DNA of 64,000 nt from Octopus bimaculoides (taxonomy: Eukaryota), in assembly GCF_001194135.2 (NCBI RefSeq), contig NC_068983.1, forward strand, positions 9,553,524 through 9,617,523. Reading direction: 5' to 3'. Shown here one piece after another: positions 12,348-25,919 of the stretch. Both the position numbers and the translations under genes were made by a program. Numbering within the stretch: the stretch's first letter is position 1; each line of letters starts with the position of its first letter. The notes beneath the pieces were generated by a model. It was not told where the DNA came from. It did not search any database and worked only from the letters and a program-made list of their open reading frames with translations.

Positions 12348-12728
12348 GAAGGCGCAATGGCCCAGTGGTTAGAGTAGCAGATTCGTGGTCATAGGATCGC
12401 GGTTTCGATTCCCAGACCGGGAGTTGTGAGTGTTTATTGATCGAAAACACCTAAAGCTCCATGAGGCTCCGGCAGAGTATGGTGACGAACCCTGTTGTAC
12501 TCTTTCACCACAACTTTCTCTCACTCTTACTTCCTGTTTCTGTTGTGCCTATAATTCAAAGGGTCAGCCTTGTCACACTACGTGTCACGCTGAATATCCC
12601 CGAGAACTACGTTATGGGTGCACGTGTCTGTGGAGTGCTCAACCACTTGCACGTTAATTTCACGAGCAGGCTGTTCCGTTGATCGGATCAACTGGAACCC
12701 TCGTCGTCGTAAGCGACGGAGTGCTAAC
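12348..12728 (+). mobile_element. SINE family B, full length, 13-bp TSD
   Basis: A box TGGCCCAGTGG, B box GTTTCGATTCC; atagatagagggt at 12335-12347 and 12729-12741. Confidence 0.92.
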
Positions 12729-13658
12729 ATAGATAGAGGGTTTTCAGATTTAAGACATGGATGTATTCGATCAAATTTACTGATGTATTTAACCATTACT
12801 TATTCTATCGATTACAGATGGATGAAAGAATATCGGAGATCAGCGGGATATGAACTCGGAATGTAATGGGCGTAACGAATGCTGCAAGCTCATTGTTGGT
12901 CGCTCTGAGAATTCTATCAATCTACAGTCTCTTGCCATTCCACCACTCCTTAGATACATTATGTTATCGACAGCAAAAGTTAATGGGTGTTTAAATTAAT
13001 GAAGATTCTTCAAACATAATGATTGATTGTAAACGTAATGCCCGTTGTCTTTCAGAGGTTACAAGTTCATGTGTAGCTGTGGGCGTTTTATGTTTTACTG
13101 ATCGAGACACTTAACTCCACCTCGCTAAGGTTTCAGCTTTAATTACCTAATTAAGAAATCAATATTTCCTGCTCATTTTTCTGGCTTTTGCAAAGCGAAA
13201 TGAAATGTTGCTGCCTATATTATGCTAAATTCGAATTCTAGTGAGTGGATTTTGAAATTTAAAAGTTCATTCTCTTTAATTTCAGCAGTTTTAAAATTAC
13301 GTAAGAAATAGGCTTGAGAGAGTGGCAGAATGAGCAATGAAGAGTAAAGAAATAAAGAGCAACGTGATCTTCGATATCCTGTCACTTTAGTTTACATTCA
13401 AATTCAAATCATTTTCTTGCTTGCTTTTATTTTTTTTACATTCTGGCACCCAAAATAGCTACCAGCCATATACAAAAATAGTATTAATCATAAGTATTCC
13501 AATCACCCTCTAGAAGTTTGTGACATTGTGTCATTATTAGAAATCAATATTTCTTAATTACATATGTGAGCAGAATAATGGTAGAGGCCTTACAGGGCCA
13601 GGATAAGTATTTCTAGGATATAAATGAATGTAAATAGATACAGGCATACTTATATACT

Positions 13659-13737
13659 TTTCTACTTTAGGCACAAGGCCCGAAATTTTTGGGGAAGGAA
13701 CCAGTTAATTAGATCGACCCCAGTATGCAACTGGTAA
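13659..13737 (-). mobile_element. SINE family C 3' fragment (tail type 2)
   Basis: ggcacaaggcccgaaatttt...gatcgaccccagtatgcaactggta matches 63451-63540. Confidence 0.7.
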
Positions 13738-14062
13738 ATAAATAAAGGACCGAACCAGTGCGTGTGTTTATTACCGGCATAATGCCTCTCCCAAGGTTTA
13801 ATTGTATTTCTTTCAACACACGTATTCACATCAAGAATCTTGCACACTAAGTACACATACGAAATATATATAACCAGTTATGAAGCATAGTGGAATTGGT
13901 TATATACTTCTGGCGGATTAGTCAGTAGTTTCTAACATCTTTGATGTCAAGTGTCAACTTGAAGGAGGAAAATATCCCAATAGGTTATATTGGGATGAAA
14001 ATCCCCTGTAATACGTTTTTCCCACCACTGATTTTAACTTTCACCCATATATATTGAAGAAA

Positions 14063-14109
<47 letters not shown>

Positions 14110-14377
14110 CTAGGTAAACACAGAGATATATATATATTTGAAATATGTTTGTATTTGAAACACGTTTGTAATATACTTCCTCCATTTTTCCTTACTGTAG
14201 AAGGGCGTATCTCTTTTGTTTTGTTATTTCTCTTTTATCCATTACATCTATTAAGAGTGGCAGCTATATAGTACATCTCAAGTTAGCGTTTATGCCAGTA
14301 GCAGATTAACATGAGGCGATGTATTTTGTGCCTGCGTAGTAACTGTTTTAAATCGTAATTCTCACTATATTAATTTC

Positions 14378-14908
14378 AAATTTTATCGACCCGAAAAGGG
14401 TGAAAGGCAAACTGGACTTCGACAGAATTTGAACTAAGAAGGTGAAGACAGACGAAATTCCCATAAATTCCTCTAAATATTTTTCCCGGTGTACTAGCGA
14501 TTCTGCCGTGGAGGCGCAATGGCCCAGTGGTTAGGGCAGCGGATTCGCGATCGCAGGATTGCGGTTTCGATTCCCAGACTGGGCCTTGTGAGTGTTTATT
14601 GAGCGAAAACACCTAAAGTCCCATGAGGCTCCGGCAGGAGATGGTGGCGAACCCTGCTGTACTCTTTCACCACAACTTTCTCTCACTCTTTCTTCCTGTT
14701 TCTGTTGTGCCTGTATTTCAAAGGGTCAGCCTTGTCACACTGTGTCACACTGAAGCTCCCCGAGAACTACGTTAAGGGTACACGTGTCTGTGGAGTGCTC
14801 AGCCACTTGCACGTTAATTCCACGAGCAGGCTGTTCCGTTGATCGGATCAACTGGAACTCTCGTCGTCGTAATCGACGGAGTGCCAACCATAGTGATTCT
14901 ACCAGCTC
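14378..14908 (-). mobile_element. SINE family C interrupted by a family B insertion
   Basis: Core at 14378-14507; head resumes at 14891 (tagtgattctaccagctc). Confidence 0.75.
14510..14888 (+). mobile_element. SINE family B, full length, nested in family C
   Basis: Near identity to 12348-12728; imperfect TSD tagcgattctgcc / tagtgattctacc. Confidence 0.92.
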
Positions 14909-15593
14909 AACGCTGAAAGTTTAATCGTAATCTACAGATCACACATACGTTAGTTAAGAGTTTGCTCCTTCATAAAATCAATCGCATATTTTCTCTGTAT
15001 TATATTCGCTTTTCTGTTTCACAGTAGTTGAAGCAATTTTTCCTCCTCATTTCAATATTTTGAATTATATTATACGTTGTGTGACAGTTTTGTTTTGGTT
15101 CTCTATTTCCCGAGTCAAATAAAATAAATTCATATCGTTATTTAACTTAATCTAATTTTCCCCTTTGGATATGGAAGAATTATTATCTTAAGTTGATTAT
15201 TGCTATATAATTATTTAAACGAGGTTGGACACTACCGAAGGTAGAGACATATAATTGGCAAGTATATTCAATTCTATGAAAATTCGTAAATAAACTAACG
15301 TTATCGTATTTTTTTTTATATATTACAGAATTGACAATTGTTGAAATTCATTACCGGAATCGAAGTGGGTTCATACTGTGTTCGAATACAGCACTAATAA
15401 GGTTGGTTTATATGTAATTAATAATAATAATAATTGTAACAATAACAATCGTCAACATCCTATTCAGAATATGTATCACATTTTGATATACTCATATACA
15501 TACAAGTCTATATTTGTGTGTATACATACACACACACGCATATCACACCCACTCACATACACTCACACACACACACACGCACACATATACACG

Positions 15594-15675
<82 letters not shown>

Positions 15676-15852
15676 TGCATATATATNNNNNNNNNNNNNN
15701 NNNNNNNNNNNNNNNNNNNNNNNNNNNNNNNNNNNNNNNNNNNNNNNNNNNNNNNNNNNNNNNNNNNNNNNNNNNNNNNNNNNNNNNNNNNNNNNNNNNN
15801 NNNNNNNNNNNNNNNNNNNNNNNNNNNNNNNNNNNNNNNNNNNNNNNNNNNN

Positions 15853-15884
<32 letters not shown>

Positions 15885-16087
15885 TTCGATATAGAAGTTT
15901 GTTTTGAAAAAGCGGAGGCTTTGAAGGTTTGGATAAACCTTGATCTCATGAACTAGTAGGTTCAGGACATATATATATATGTGTGTGTTTGTGTGTGTGC
16001 GTATGCACATATGCGTATGTACGTTTGTGTGTACGCATGTGTGCGTGTGAATATGTTTGTGTGTATGTATGTGTGTATAGAGAAGGA

Positions 16088-16399
16088 GCACTTCGTCGGT
16101 TACAACGACGAGGGTTCCACCTAATCAGATCAACGGAACAGCCTACTCGTGATATTAACGTGCAAGTGGTCGAGCATTCCACAGACACGACGTATACCCT
16201 TAACGTAGTTCTCAAGGAGATTCAGCGTGACACACAGTGTGACAAGGCTGGCCCTTTGAAATACAAGTACTACTCATTTTTGCTGGAGCAACGTGAAAAT
16301 AAAGTGTCTTGCCCAGGGACACAACGCACCGTCGGGAATTGAACTCACGACCTTACAATCGTGAGCCGAACATCCCAACCACTAAGCCACGTACCTTCA
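16088..16399 (-). mobile_element. SINE with family B 3' half but a different head and central region
   Basis: 16088-16262 matches the B tail; 16270-16399 has another tRNA head and a ctgggcaagacacttt motif. Confidence 0.8.
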
Positions 16400-17619
16400 T
16401 AAAGAGAAATACTGATAGAAGTAACGGCAGTGATGTACAATCCTGAGACAAAAGTTTATTTGTATCAGTTGCTCATAAAGATCCCTCAATAAGTATTTCC
16501 ATCACCATAGAAATATGAGAACTGATTTAAGAATATCTCTATTCGCATTACGAATATTTCTGCGACAAAAACCATTATCAAGTGCTGTACTACAAACTTT
16601 AATGAAGCCCTGAAGAAAAGTAGCTGCGATAAACTTCTATATTTTCCAATTCATTACAATAAAAAGTAAACATAACCAATATCACTTAATTTCATTCCCA
16701 TACCATAGAGTGAGTTCCACTCCGTTAACTAAACTCTTCACCTTACTAAATAAATTCCTTCTAGCTATGAATAGGATAAAACTTTTAACAGAAATACCAT
16801 TAAACTTTCCTAAATTTTATTCTAGTATTGATTATATCTTCCAGTAACCCAATTCATATAAACACTAACCCTACAGAAAATTATATGAATCAGTCTTTAA
16901 ATGCTCTACAAATTATTAAGATGTAATTGGTTCCCTAAAGAATTCGATCGAAATTCTTCGGTTAAAGACAAACAACTTTTAATAAAGTTCTTACGGCTGA
17001 TTTATTTAAGATGTGATACAACCGTCACCATTATTCTTTACAAACGCTGCTACTCGATACTACAGCTTATTTTCGGAATATTCACTAATATATAAGCACC
17101 GCAATATGCTACACTAGCTGACATGAAGCATTGTTACCCGGAAAGCTTTTTTATAAGTGTAGAAAACGTTTCTGAGATCTGTATCCAGCAGAATTTTTTG
17201 CAATCTATCTGCTAAAGAACATATTTCGATTAAGAAAAAACTATAAAAACTCCTCACCCGTAAATAATAAAACGATAGCGAATATACAGTAATGCAGCTA
17301 TTTGGTTGGCGTATATTTGTCTCATATTCAACATAGAAATTAGCGTATATGTTTACGCACCATTATAATTCTTAGCATATTTTCAAATCAATACTATGGT
17401 GGGTTTACAACATAGTCTGATATAACTATTATTGTACTATTATTGTTTATGATTACACACGTCCACGTATTTCTTGTGTCTACACTTATGATTTAATGGG
17501 TGCATGCTATTTTTAATTCATTGTATATTGTGCACGTTTCTGCATATATATATGCGTGTGTGTGTGTGTGTGTGTATGTCTGTGCGTGAGTGCATCAACT
17601 TTTATGTGATCAGGGCTGA

Positions 17620-17709
<90 letters not shown>

Positions 17710-18814
17710 TGTCTGTGTGTGTGTGTGTGTGTGTAGATTTCCATAAGTACATACATACGAACATACACACATACATATACGTATGTACATAATTACATAT
17801 ATATATACATATATAACTAACGCATATANNNNNNNNNNNNNNNNNNNNNNNNNNNNNNNNNNNNNNNNNNNNNNNNNNNNNNNNNNNNNNNNNNNNNNNN
17901 NNNNNNNNNNNNNNNNNNNNNNNNNNNNNNNNNNNNNNNNNNNNNNNNNNNNNNNNNNNNNNNNNNNNNNNNNNNNNNNNNNNNNNNNNNNNNNNNNNNN
18001 NNNNNNNNNNNNNNNNNNNNNNNNNNNNNNNNNNNNNNNNNNNNNNNNNNNNNNNNNNNNNNNNNNNNNNNNNNNNNNNNNNNNNNNNNNNNNNNNNNNN
18101 NNNNNNNNNNNNNNNNNNNNNNNNNNNNNNNNNNNNNNNNNNNNNNNNNNNNNNNNNNNNNNNNNNNNNNNNNNNNNNNNNNNNNNNNNNNNNNNNNNNN
18201 NNNNNNNNNNNNNNNNNNNNNNNNNNNNNNNNNNNNNNNNNNNNNNNNNNNNNNNNNNNNNNNNNNNATATATATATATATATATATACCTATATAAACG
18301 TATATACACACTTATTAAGTTATTGGATGTATCAATTTATATATTAGACGCATTCCTAGGGCTGGTACGCAAACATTAAAGATTTTTAGGTACGTGGTAC
18401 TTCGTTATGCAAATACAATATTCTATGAGGTATCCTAATTATTTTCGTAAGTCAGTACTACTTTCTATTGCGTCAGCAGTTCTCTTTACACCATTTTGTT
18501 AAGGTTATTTCTACATGTATTCCATAGGCCTTACAGCCAGTACTAATTCTTGCTACATTTGGTATCGAGACGGCAGATGTAAACAGACAATCTGATCAAA
18601 GACAAAATCGGGCGATGAGTGTATATGCCATATTTCGGGGGTTGTTGCTCATTCATTAGCATTTATTTAACCCACTATTACCTCCAAACACATTGCTTAT
18701 ATAGCCACCACAAACAGCGGTGTGTTAAGTTATTGGATATACCTATTTACATGTTCATAGATGTACATATTTTTACATATTTTACTCGTGCGGTAACCCC
18801 CAACTGTACTTTGT

Positions 18815-18900
<86 letters not shown>

Positions 18901-18976
18901 AGTGTATGGAGATACATTATATAAATATAAACATGTATATGTAACTATGTATGTATGTATGTATGTATGTATAGAC

Positions 18977-19036
<60 letters not shown>

Positions 19037-19134
19037 TCTCTCAAGTGTTGTGGCCGACAGATAGCGTCAGTATTTTGGAAAAGCAAGCGAAAAGATATAT
19101 TTACATTTATATGTCTGTATGAGTATATGCATAT

Positions 19135-19178
<44 letters not shown>

Positions 19179-19416
19179 ATATATATATATATATATATAT
19201 ATATAAGTATATNNNNNNNNNNNNNNNNNNNNNNNNNNNNNNNNNNNNNNNNNNNNNNNNNNNNNNNNNNNNNNNNNNNNNNNNNNNNNNNNNNNNNNNN
19301 NNNNNNNNNNNNNNNNNNNNNNNNNNNNNNNNNNNNNNNNNNNNNNNNNNNNNNNNNNNNNNNNNNNNNNNNNNNNNNNNNNNNNNNNNNNNNNNNNNNN
19401 NNNNNNNNNNNNNNNN

Positions 19417-19459
<43 letters not shown>

Positions 19460-19671
19460 ATTATATATACACATATAATTATATATATATATTATTTCTT
19501 ATTGAAACACTATTACTTTCTTTGGAAGCCATAAGGATGCCAAAAATCATAATAAATTGCAATTCTTGTCTGCCACATTGTCATTTGCTGTAAAAGAAAA
19601 CATAATAATCTCCTCAACAGAAACAACCATAATATTATCTTCGTATGCTCCTTTTATGTATAGATAGATAG

Positions 19672-19740
<69 letters not shown>

Positions 19741-19777
19741 NNNNNNNNNNGTGTATTAGAAAAAAAAATAAGGTACT

Positions 19778-19814
<37 letters not shown>

Positions 19815-20026
19815 ATATATATATATTGTATATAATAATGGTCAGAATATGTTTTTTCATTGTGTAAATACCGAAAATATTCGATTCAGACATTTAATGG
19901 CAATACGCACTCATACACGGACTTACAGACATACACACAAACACACTCACATACACACAAGCACACTCACAAATTTTAGCGCACATAACGCATTGAAACA
20001 CTTATATGCAGCATATAAATGTGAAT

Positions 20027-20057
<31 letters not shown>

Positions 20058-20070
20058 TACACATATATAT

Positions 20071-20232
20071 AGGCGCAAGAGTGGCTGTGTGACAAGAAGC
20101 CTGTTTCCCAGCCATATGGTTCTGGGTTCAGTCCCACTGCGTGACACCTTGAGCAAGTGTCTTCTCCTATTGCCTTGGGACAACAAAAACCTTGTGAGTG
20201 GATTTGCTACATGGAAACTGAAAGAAGCCCGT
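20071..20232 (+). mobile_element. SINE family A, 5' half
   Basis: aggcgcaagagtggctgtgtg...gaaactgaaagaagcccgt. Confidence 0.88.
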
Positions 20233-20412
20233 TTATTTATATATATATGTGTGTCTGTCTGTGTGTGTGTCTTTATTTATATATGGATTTATGTATGTGC
20301 AGACACAAAAATAGATAGATAGATAGAAAGATAGATATCTANNNNNNNNNNNNNNNNNNNNNNNNNNNNNNNNNNNNNNNNNNNNNNNNNNNNNNNNNNN
20401 NNNNNNNNNNNN

Positions 20413-20444
<32 letters not shown>

Positions 20445-21242
20445 TCACGCACACCCTTTCTCTGCTCTTCTCAGAGATCTTACGCTGTAAGGAGGGTTGG
20501 AAACAAGATAAGTGTTGACTGATATACTATAAATTTCTTCACATAGAAAACATTGATATGCTTCTAGAATCATCGAAAGATCTTCCGACATGTAACAAAA
20601 CGCGGAAAGAAAATTAAGAAAGATCTGAAAGATTTAATGTCAAGCACCGAGGTTATATCGGTTTCTCGTTAATTCGTATTGTGTTTTTATGCATCACTTA
20701 CCTCGATCGCTAATACTTTAGCGAAAGATACTTAAACACTACCAATGAACTTCTCCTTTACCTAAAATCAATATTGTACGCAATCTATTCATTGATTAGT
20801 GTCGCTAATTAAGAATAGTAAATATAATAATTGATTTTTATCTTTTGTCGGATTCAATATCTCTAGTTAGATCTTAAATGGTTTTAGCGGACTCCAATCT
20901 GGTTCAAGTGCACGAGCCTTGTCCACAATCTGAGTATAAGTCCCACTCTGTTTCCCATCAGTCTCGGAGACACTTGGAAATCTTATAAACGCAATTACAC
21001 TTATTTTGTCGATATACCTAATTACCACTGACAAGAAGTTTTAAGAGCTTTGTAATAAGTAAGCGACAACAAAAAAGAAATCAAATATGTGAATTTTGTG
21101 CATCTTTTTCCTTGTACCTTAATTTCACTTTCAAATTTCTAATCTCCGCTAAATTTTATGAACAAATGATTACCTCCCTTATATTCACCGTCCTTCAGGG
21201 CACGCCACGTGCTTTAAAAATGGGTTCAATGAATAAACACAG

Positions 21243-21643
21243 ACTCTTTTACTTGTTTTCAGTCATTTGACTGCGGCCATGCTGGAGCACCGCCTTTAGT
21301 CGAGCAAATCGACCCCAGGACTTATTCTTTGTAAGCCTAGTACTTATTCTATCGTCTCTTTTTTGCCGAACCGCTAAGTTACGGGGACATAAACACACCA
21401 GCATCGGTTGTCAAGCAATGGTGGGGGTACAAACACAGACACACAAACACACATACGTATATCTATATATATACATATATACGATGAACTTCTTTCAGTT
21501 TCCGTCTACCAAATCCACTCACAAGGCTTTGGTCGGCCCGAGGCTATAGTAGAAGACACTTGCCCAAGGCGCCACGCAGTGGGACTGAACCCGGAACCAT
21601 GTGGCTGGTAAGCAAGCTACTTACCACACAGCCACTCCTGCGC
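21243..21643 (-). mobile_element. SINE family A, full length, with internal CA/TA microsatellite
   Basis: Head, central motif, internal repeat and tail (actcttttacttg) all present. Confidence 0.92.
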
Positions 21644-22035
21644 AATTCTTTTAAAATAAATTTTGACATAACACAAAAACAAACGATCTATATAATTGGG
21701 AATATGTTACTAGTAACATTACTGGTTATAAAGCAATCTAAATTTTAGACCGAATTACAACTAGTTATTTCACCCAGAGCTGAGCGGAACGAAAAGAATG
21801 GTATAAAATTAGTTCCTGTTGATTTTGTAGTTGTTTGTTGTTGCTTTTTACCCGTAGCTCAGCCCCAATCAAACAAAGTTAAGGTCACAGGTGCTCCAGC
21901 CATGGCCAACACGTGTTTTTTGCTTAATTATGACGTACCTTTTAAGATGAAACCACTCTATCTAAAAATAATCTTTTATGAACTTCGTTTTCTGACTGTA
22001 CGATGTAATGTCAGGAATATTTGGTTGCTATTTCT

Positions 22036-22256
22036 TATTTCTTTACTGCCCACAAGGGGCTGGGACAAACAAGGACAGGCAAACGGATTAAGCCGATTAT
22101 ATCGACCCCAGTGCGTAACTGGTACTTATTTAATCGACCCCGAAAGAATGAAAAGGAAAGTCGACCTCGGCGGAATTTGAACTCAGAACGTAACGGCAGA
22201 CGAAATACCGCTAAGCATTTCTCTCGGCGCGTTAACGTTTCTGCCAGCTCGCCGCC
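22036..22256 (-). mobile_element. SINE family C, full length (tail type 1), 18-bp TSD
   Basis: tatttggttgctatttct at 22018-22035 and tatttggttactatttct at 22257-22274. Confidence 0.92.
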
Positions 22257-22479
22257 TATTTGGTTACTATTTCTGCCAAGTTAAGCAACCATGTAGAGGC
22301 CTATTTCTGGACTTATTATCTATTGTAAAATATTTAATTTCTCGCTGCACTTTCTTATTTTGTTTATTTTGTTTGTTTTTATCTATTGCTAAAAGGATTG
22401 TGCATGGACATCGTACAAAATGCGTTCTACTATTTATTTCGATTTTCAATGTTCAATACTTGTCGAACTCAACTTTGTC

Positions 22480-23045
22480 ATTCATCTTTTCGAAGACGAT
22501 AAATAAGGTACAAGTCAACTACAAGGCTGAAGGTATATATTCACTCCGTCCGCTCCGAAAGTAAAGCACTACAACACATACCACAAAGCATTTTTCCAAC
22601 GCTCTAGCGATTCTGCCAATCTACTACCCTTAATAGACCTAATAATAGAACTACCTTTTTCTACTATAAGTACTTGGTCTGAAATTTTGGAGAAGGACTA
22701 GTAAATTTCATCGCCTTCCCACTTACACCACTGGAAAACTTCCAACGACCACAAGTTAACCTCGGCCAAATTTGAACTTAGATTGTAAATCCGGAAGAAA
22801 TGCCGCTAAGCTCGACTCCTTGGTTTTAATGAAAATAATCCTTTTATACAATGGGCACAAGGCTTGAAATTTGTGAAGAGGTAGTTGATTACACCAACCA
22901 GTATTTATTTCATCAACCCCAAAAGGATGAAAGACAAAGATAACCTAGGCCAAATTTGAACTCAGAGCATAAGGCCGTAAGAAACGTATTTTGTCCGGAA
23001 GAAACGTATTTTGTCCGGAAGATAACAATCCTACCAGTTCACTAT
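22480..23045 (-). mobile_element. Three strongly decayed family C copies
   Basis: Recurring aagtcaac/aaatttgaact/gccgctaag/gattctgcc remnants; includes a 20-bp duplication at 22981-23020. Confidence 0.55.
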
Positions 23046-23112
23046 TTTAGAACTACTGCTAACTGCATGGATACTATTTGCCGTGTAGAGCAGGCTGGTA
23101 TCGGATTAGTAT

Positions 23113-23282
23113 GAGTGACTGTGTGGTAAGTAGCTTGCTTACGAACCACATGGTTCCGGGTTCAGTCTCACTGCGTGGCACATTGGGCAGGTGTCTTCTA
23201 CTATAACCTCGGGCCGACCAAAGCCTTGTGAGTCGATTTGGTAGACGGAAACTGCAAGAAGCCCGTCGTATATATGTATATT

Positions 23283-23343
<61 letters not shown>

Positions 23344-23560
23344 GAGTGTGTGTGCGTGTGTGTTTGTGTTTGTCCCTCCAACATCACTTGACAACCGATG
23401 CTGGTGTGTTTACGACCCCGTAACTTAGTGGTTCAGCATAAGCGACTGATACAATTAGTACTAGGCTTACAATGAATAAGTCCTGGGGTCGATTTGCTCG
23501 ACTAAAGGCGGTGCTCCAGCATGGTCACAGTCAAAATGACTAAAACAAGTTAAAGAGTAT
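23113..23560 (+). mobile_element. SINE family A, full length, with internal (TA)n(TG)n
   Basis: Head, central motif, internal repeat and ggcggtgctccagcatgg...aaacaag tail. Confidence 0.92.
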
Positions 23561-23763
23561 AGGCAAAAGACCAGAAATTTTGGAAGAGAGAGATAGCTAA
23601 TTACATCGACCCCCAAGTAATCAACTGGTACTTATTTAATCGCCCTCGAAAGAATGAAATGCAAAGTCAACCTCGGTGGAATTTGAACTCAGAACGTGCA
23701 GACAGATGAAATGCCGCTAAGCATTTATCCCGGCCTGCTAACGATTCTGCCACCTCGTGGTCT
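23558..23763 (-). mobile_element. SINE family C (tail type 2)
   Basis: aactggtacttatttaatcg...gaatttgaactcagaacgt...ctaacgattctgcc. Confidence 0.85.
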
Positions 23764-24611
23764 TGAATAACTCATATAATGAGAGGAATTTGTAAATTTG
23801 AATGTTTGTTATTGCCAGAAATCTATAAGTTAAGTGGAAAGCTTTTCTGCAAGAGAAAACAAGACAGTATAAGTACGCCTGGAACAGCCTTTGATCAATT
23901 TCTGCATGATGAAATTTGACCTTTATATTTAAGTAACAACAACTCATGAATTCTAAAAAGAGAGCCCTCTTAATTTTTCTTTTTTTTTTATCACTGAACT
24001 GTAGCGTAGCGTGATATGCTTTTACTGGTTCGTAAACTTTGTGAGCCATTTCATATTTCAGTGACTTAGTCATAGAAAACTCATTTCCTCGGGAGTTTAA
24101 CATTGCAATCCAGAGCTCACTGTGCATAACAGAATATAAATATTTAAATCTGCAAAATAATATGTCTGACTTTTTTAGCGAAGAATCAATTCAATTAAAC
24201 TGGATTCTAAAGAACTGCAGCAAATATTGGACAACTTATAATTAAAAAACAGAACGGGAATACTGAAGGGGAAAATGCAATAAAAGAACTAAGAACCACT
24301 TTTTCTACTTTTTTTTTTCTTACAGTTTATTAGGAAGGCAAATCGATCATGAATTCTTTCTGCGTTTTTCTTTTTCCGTTTGTAAACTTATCGTGTTAAG
24401 AAATAAAGCATACAAGATTTGGTAGCAAATCTTCCAAGGATTATAAATGAGAAAAAAATTGGAGAGCTAAATATTGTTTACGCGCTGCACACATACATCA
24501 CACACATACATATTCACACACAAAGACACACACACACACACACACATACATACATACATATATACATACATACATACATACATACATACATACATACATA
24601 CATACATGGTG

Positions 24612-24988
24612 GTTGGCACTCCGTCGCTTGCGACGTCGAGGATTCCAGTTGATCTGATCAACGGAACAGCCTGCTCGTGAAATTAACATGCAAGTGGCTG
24701 AGCACTCCACAGACACGTGTACCCTTAACGTAGTTCTCGAGGATATTCAGCGTGACAGTGTGACAAGGCTGACCCTTTGAATTACAGGCACAACAGAAAC
24801 AGGAAGTAAGAGTGACAGAAAGTTGTGGTGAAAGAGTACAGCAGGGTTCGCCACCATCCCCTGCCGGAGCCTCGGGGAGCTTTAGGTGTTTTCGCTCAAT
24901 AAACACTCACAACGCCCGGTCTGGGAATCGAAACCGCGATCCTATGACCGCGAGTCCGCTGTTCTATCCACTGGGCCATTGCGCCTCC
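24612..24988 (-). mobile_element. SINE family B, full length, inside a (TACA)n array
   Basis: Reverse complement of 14510-14888. Confidence 0.92.
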
Positions 24989-25024
24989 ACTCATACATAC
25001 ATACATACATACATACATACATAC

Positions 25025-25055
<31 letters not shown>

Positions 25056-25071
25056 CATACATACATACATG

Positions 25072-25230
25072 GAGGCGGAGGTATGGCAGTGTGGTTGAAA
25101 CGTTAGCCTCACAACGACGTGGTTTCTGATTCAACCCCGTTTGTGCTGCACCTTGGCAAGTGTCTTCTACTGTCCTTCGTCCTGATTAACGATTTGGAAG
25201 TGAATTAATTAAATGAAAACTATCGGAAGT
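25072..25230 (+). mobile_element. Old family A-related head
   Basis: ggcagtgtggttgaaacg...gcaccttggcaagtgtcttctact. Confidence 0.55.
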
Positions 25231-25241
25231 TCAAGGTGTAT

Positions 25242-25284
<43 letters not shown>

Positions 25285-25355
25285 TGTATGTGTGTGTATG
25301 TATGTGTGTATGTGTGCATGTGTGTGTGCGCGTGCACGGGTGTATATATTTGTTG

Positions 25356-25919
25356 TCTTTCACTTGTATCAGTCCTTCGACTGCCGCCATGCTGAGGCTC
25401 CATCTTGAAGAATTTTTAGTCGAATGATTCGCTGCCTACAAGTTTTTTTCTAACCTAGTACTTATTCTATCGATCTCTTACGCCGAATCGTGATGTTACA
25501 GGGACGTAAACACACCAACAACTGTTGTCATGCCGTGATGAGGGACAAACCCAAACACAAAGACAACAAACATACACATAAATATATATATGTGCGTGTG
25601 TGTGACGGGCTTCCTACAGTTTCTTATTTCTTTATTGCCCCCAGGGGGTTAAACATAGAGGGGACAAACAAGGACAGACAAAGGGATCAAGTCGATTGCA
25701 TCGAGCCCAGTGCGTAACTGGTACCTACTTAATCGACCCAGAAAGGATGAAAGGCAAAATCGACCTCGGTGGAATTTGAACTCAGAACGTAACGGCAGAC
25801 GAAATACCACTAAACATTTCGCCCGGCGTGCTAACGTTTCTGCCAGCTCAGCTTCCTACAGTTTCTGTCTACCAAATGCATTCACAAGGTTTAGGTCAGC
25901 CCGAGATTATAGTATAAGG
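25356..25919 (-). mobile_element. SINE family A interrupted by family C, runs into a gap
   Basis: Tail and body at 25356-25624, resumes at 25851. Confidence 0.8.
25625..25850 (-). mobile_element. SINE family C (tail type 1) nested in family A, 16-bp TSD
   Basis: gcttcctacagtttct at 25609-25624 and 25851-25866. Confidence 0.92.

Noticed and set aside
12348-12420. tRNA genes at SINE heads
   Set aside because: A and B boxes are present but there is no complete cloverleaf, and each continues into a SINE body.
19517-19587. Minus-strand exon candidate QMTMWQTRIAIYYDFWHPYGFQR
   Set aside because: Good acceptor but mediocre donor and no homology; such matches are expected by chance in 64 kb.
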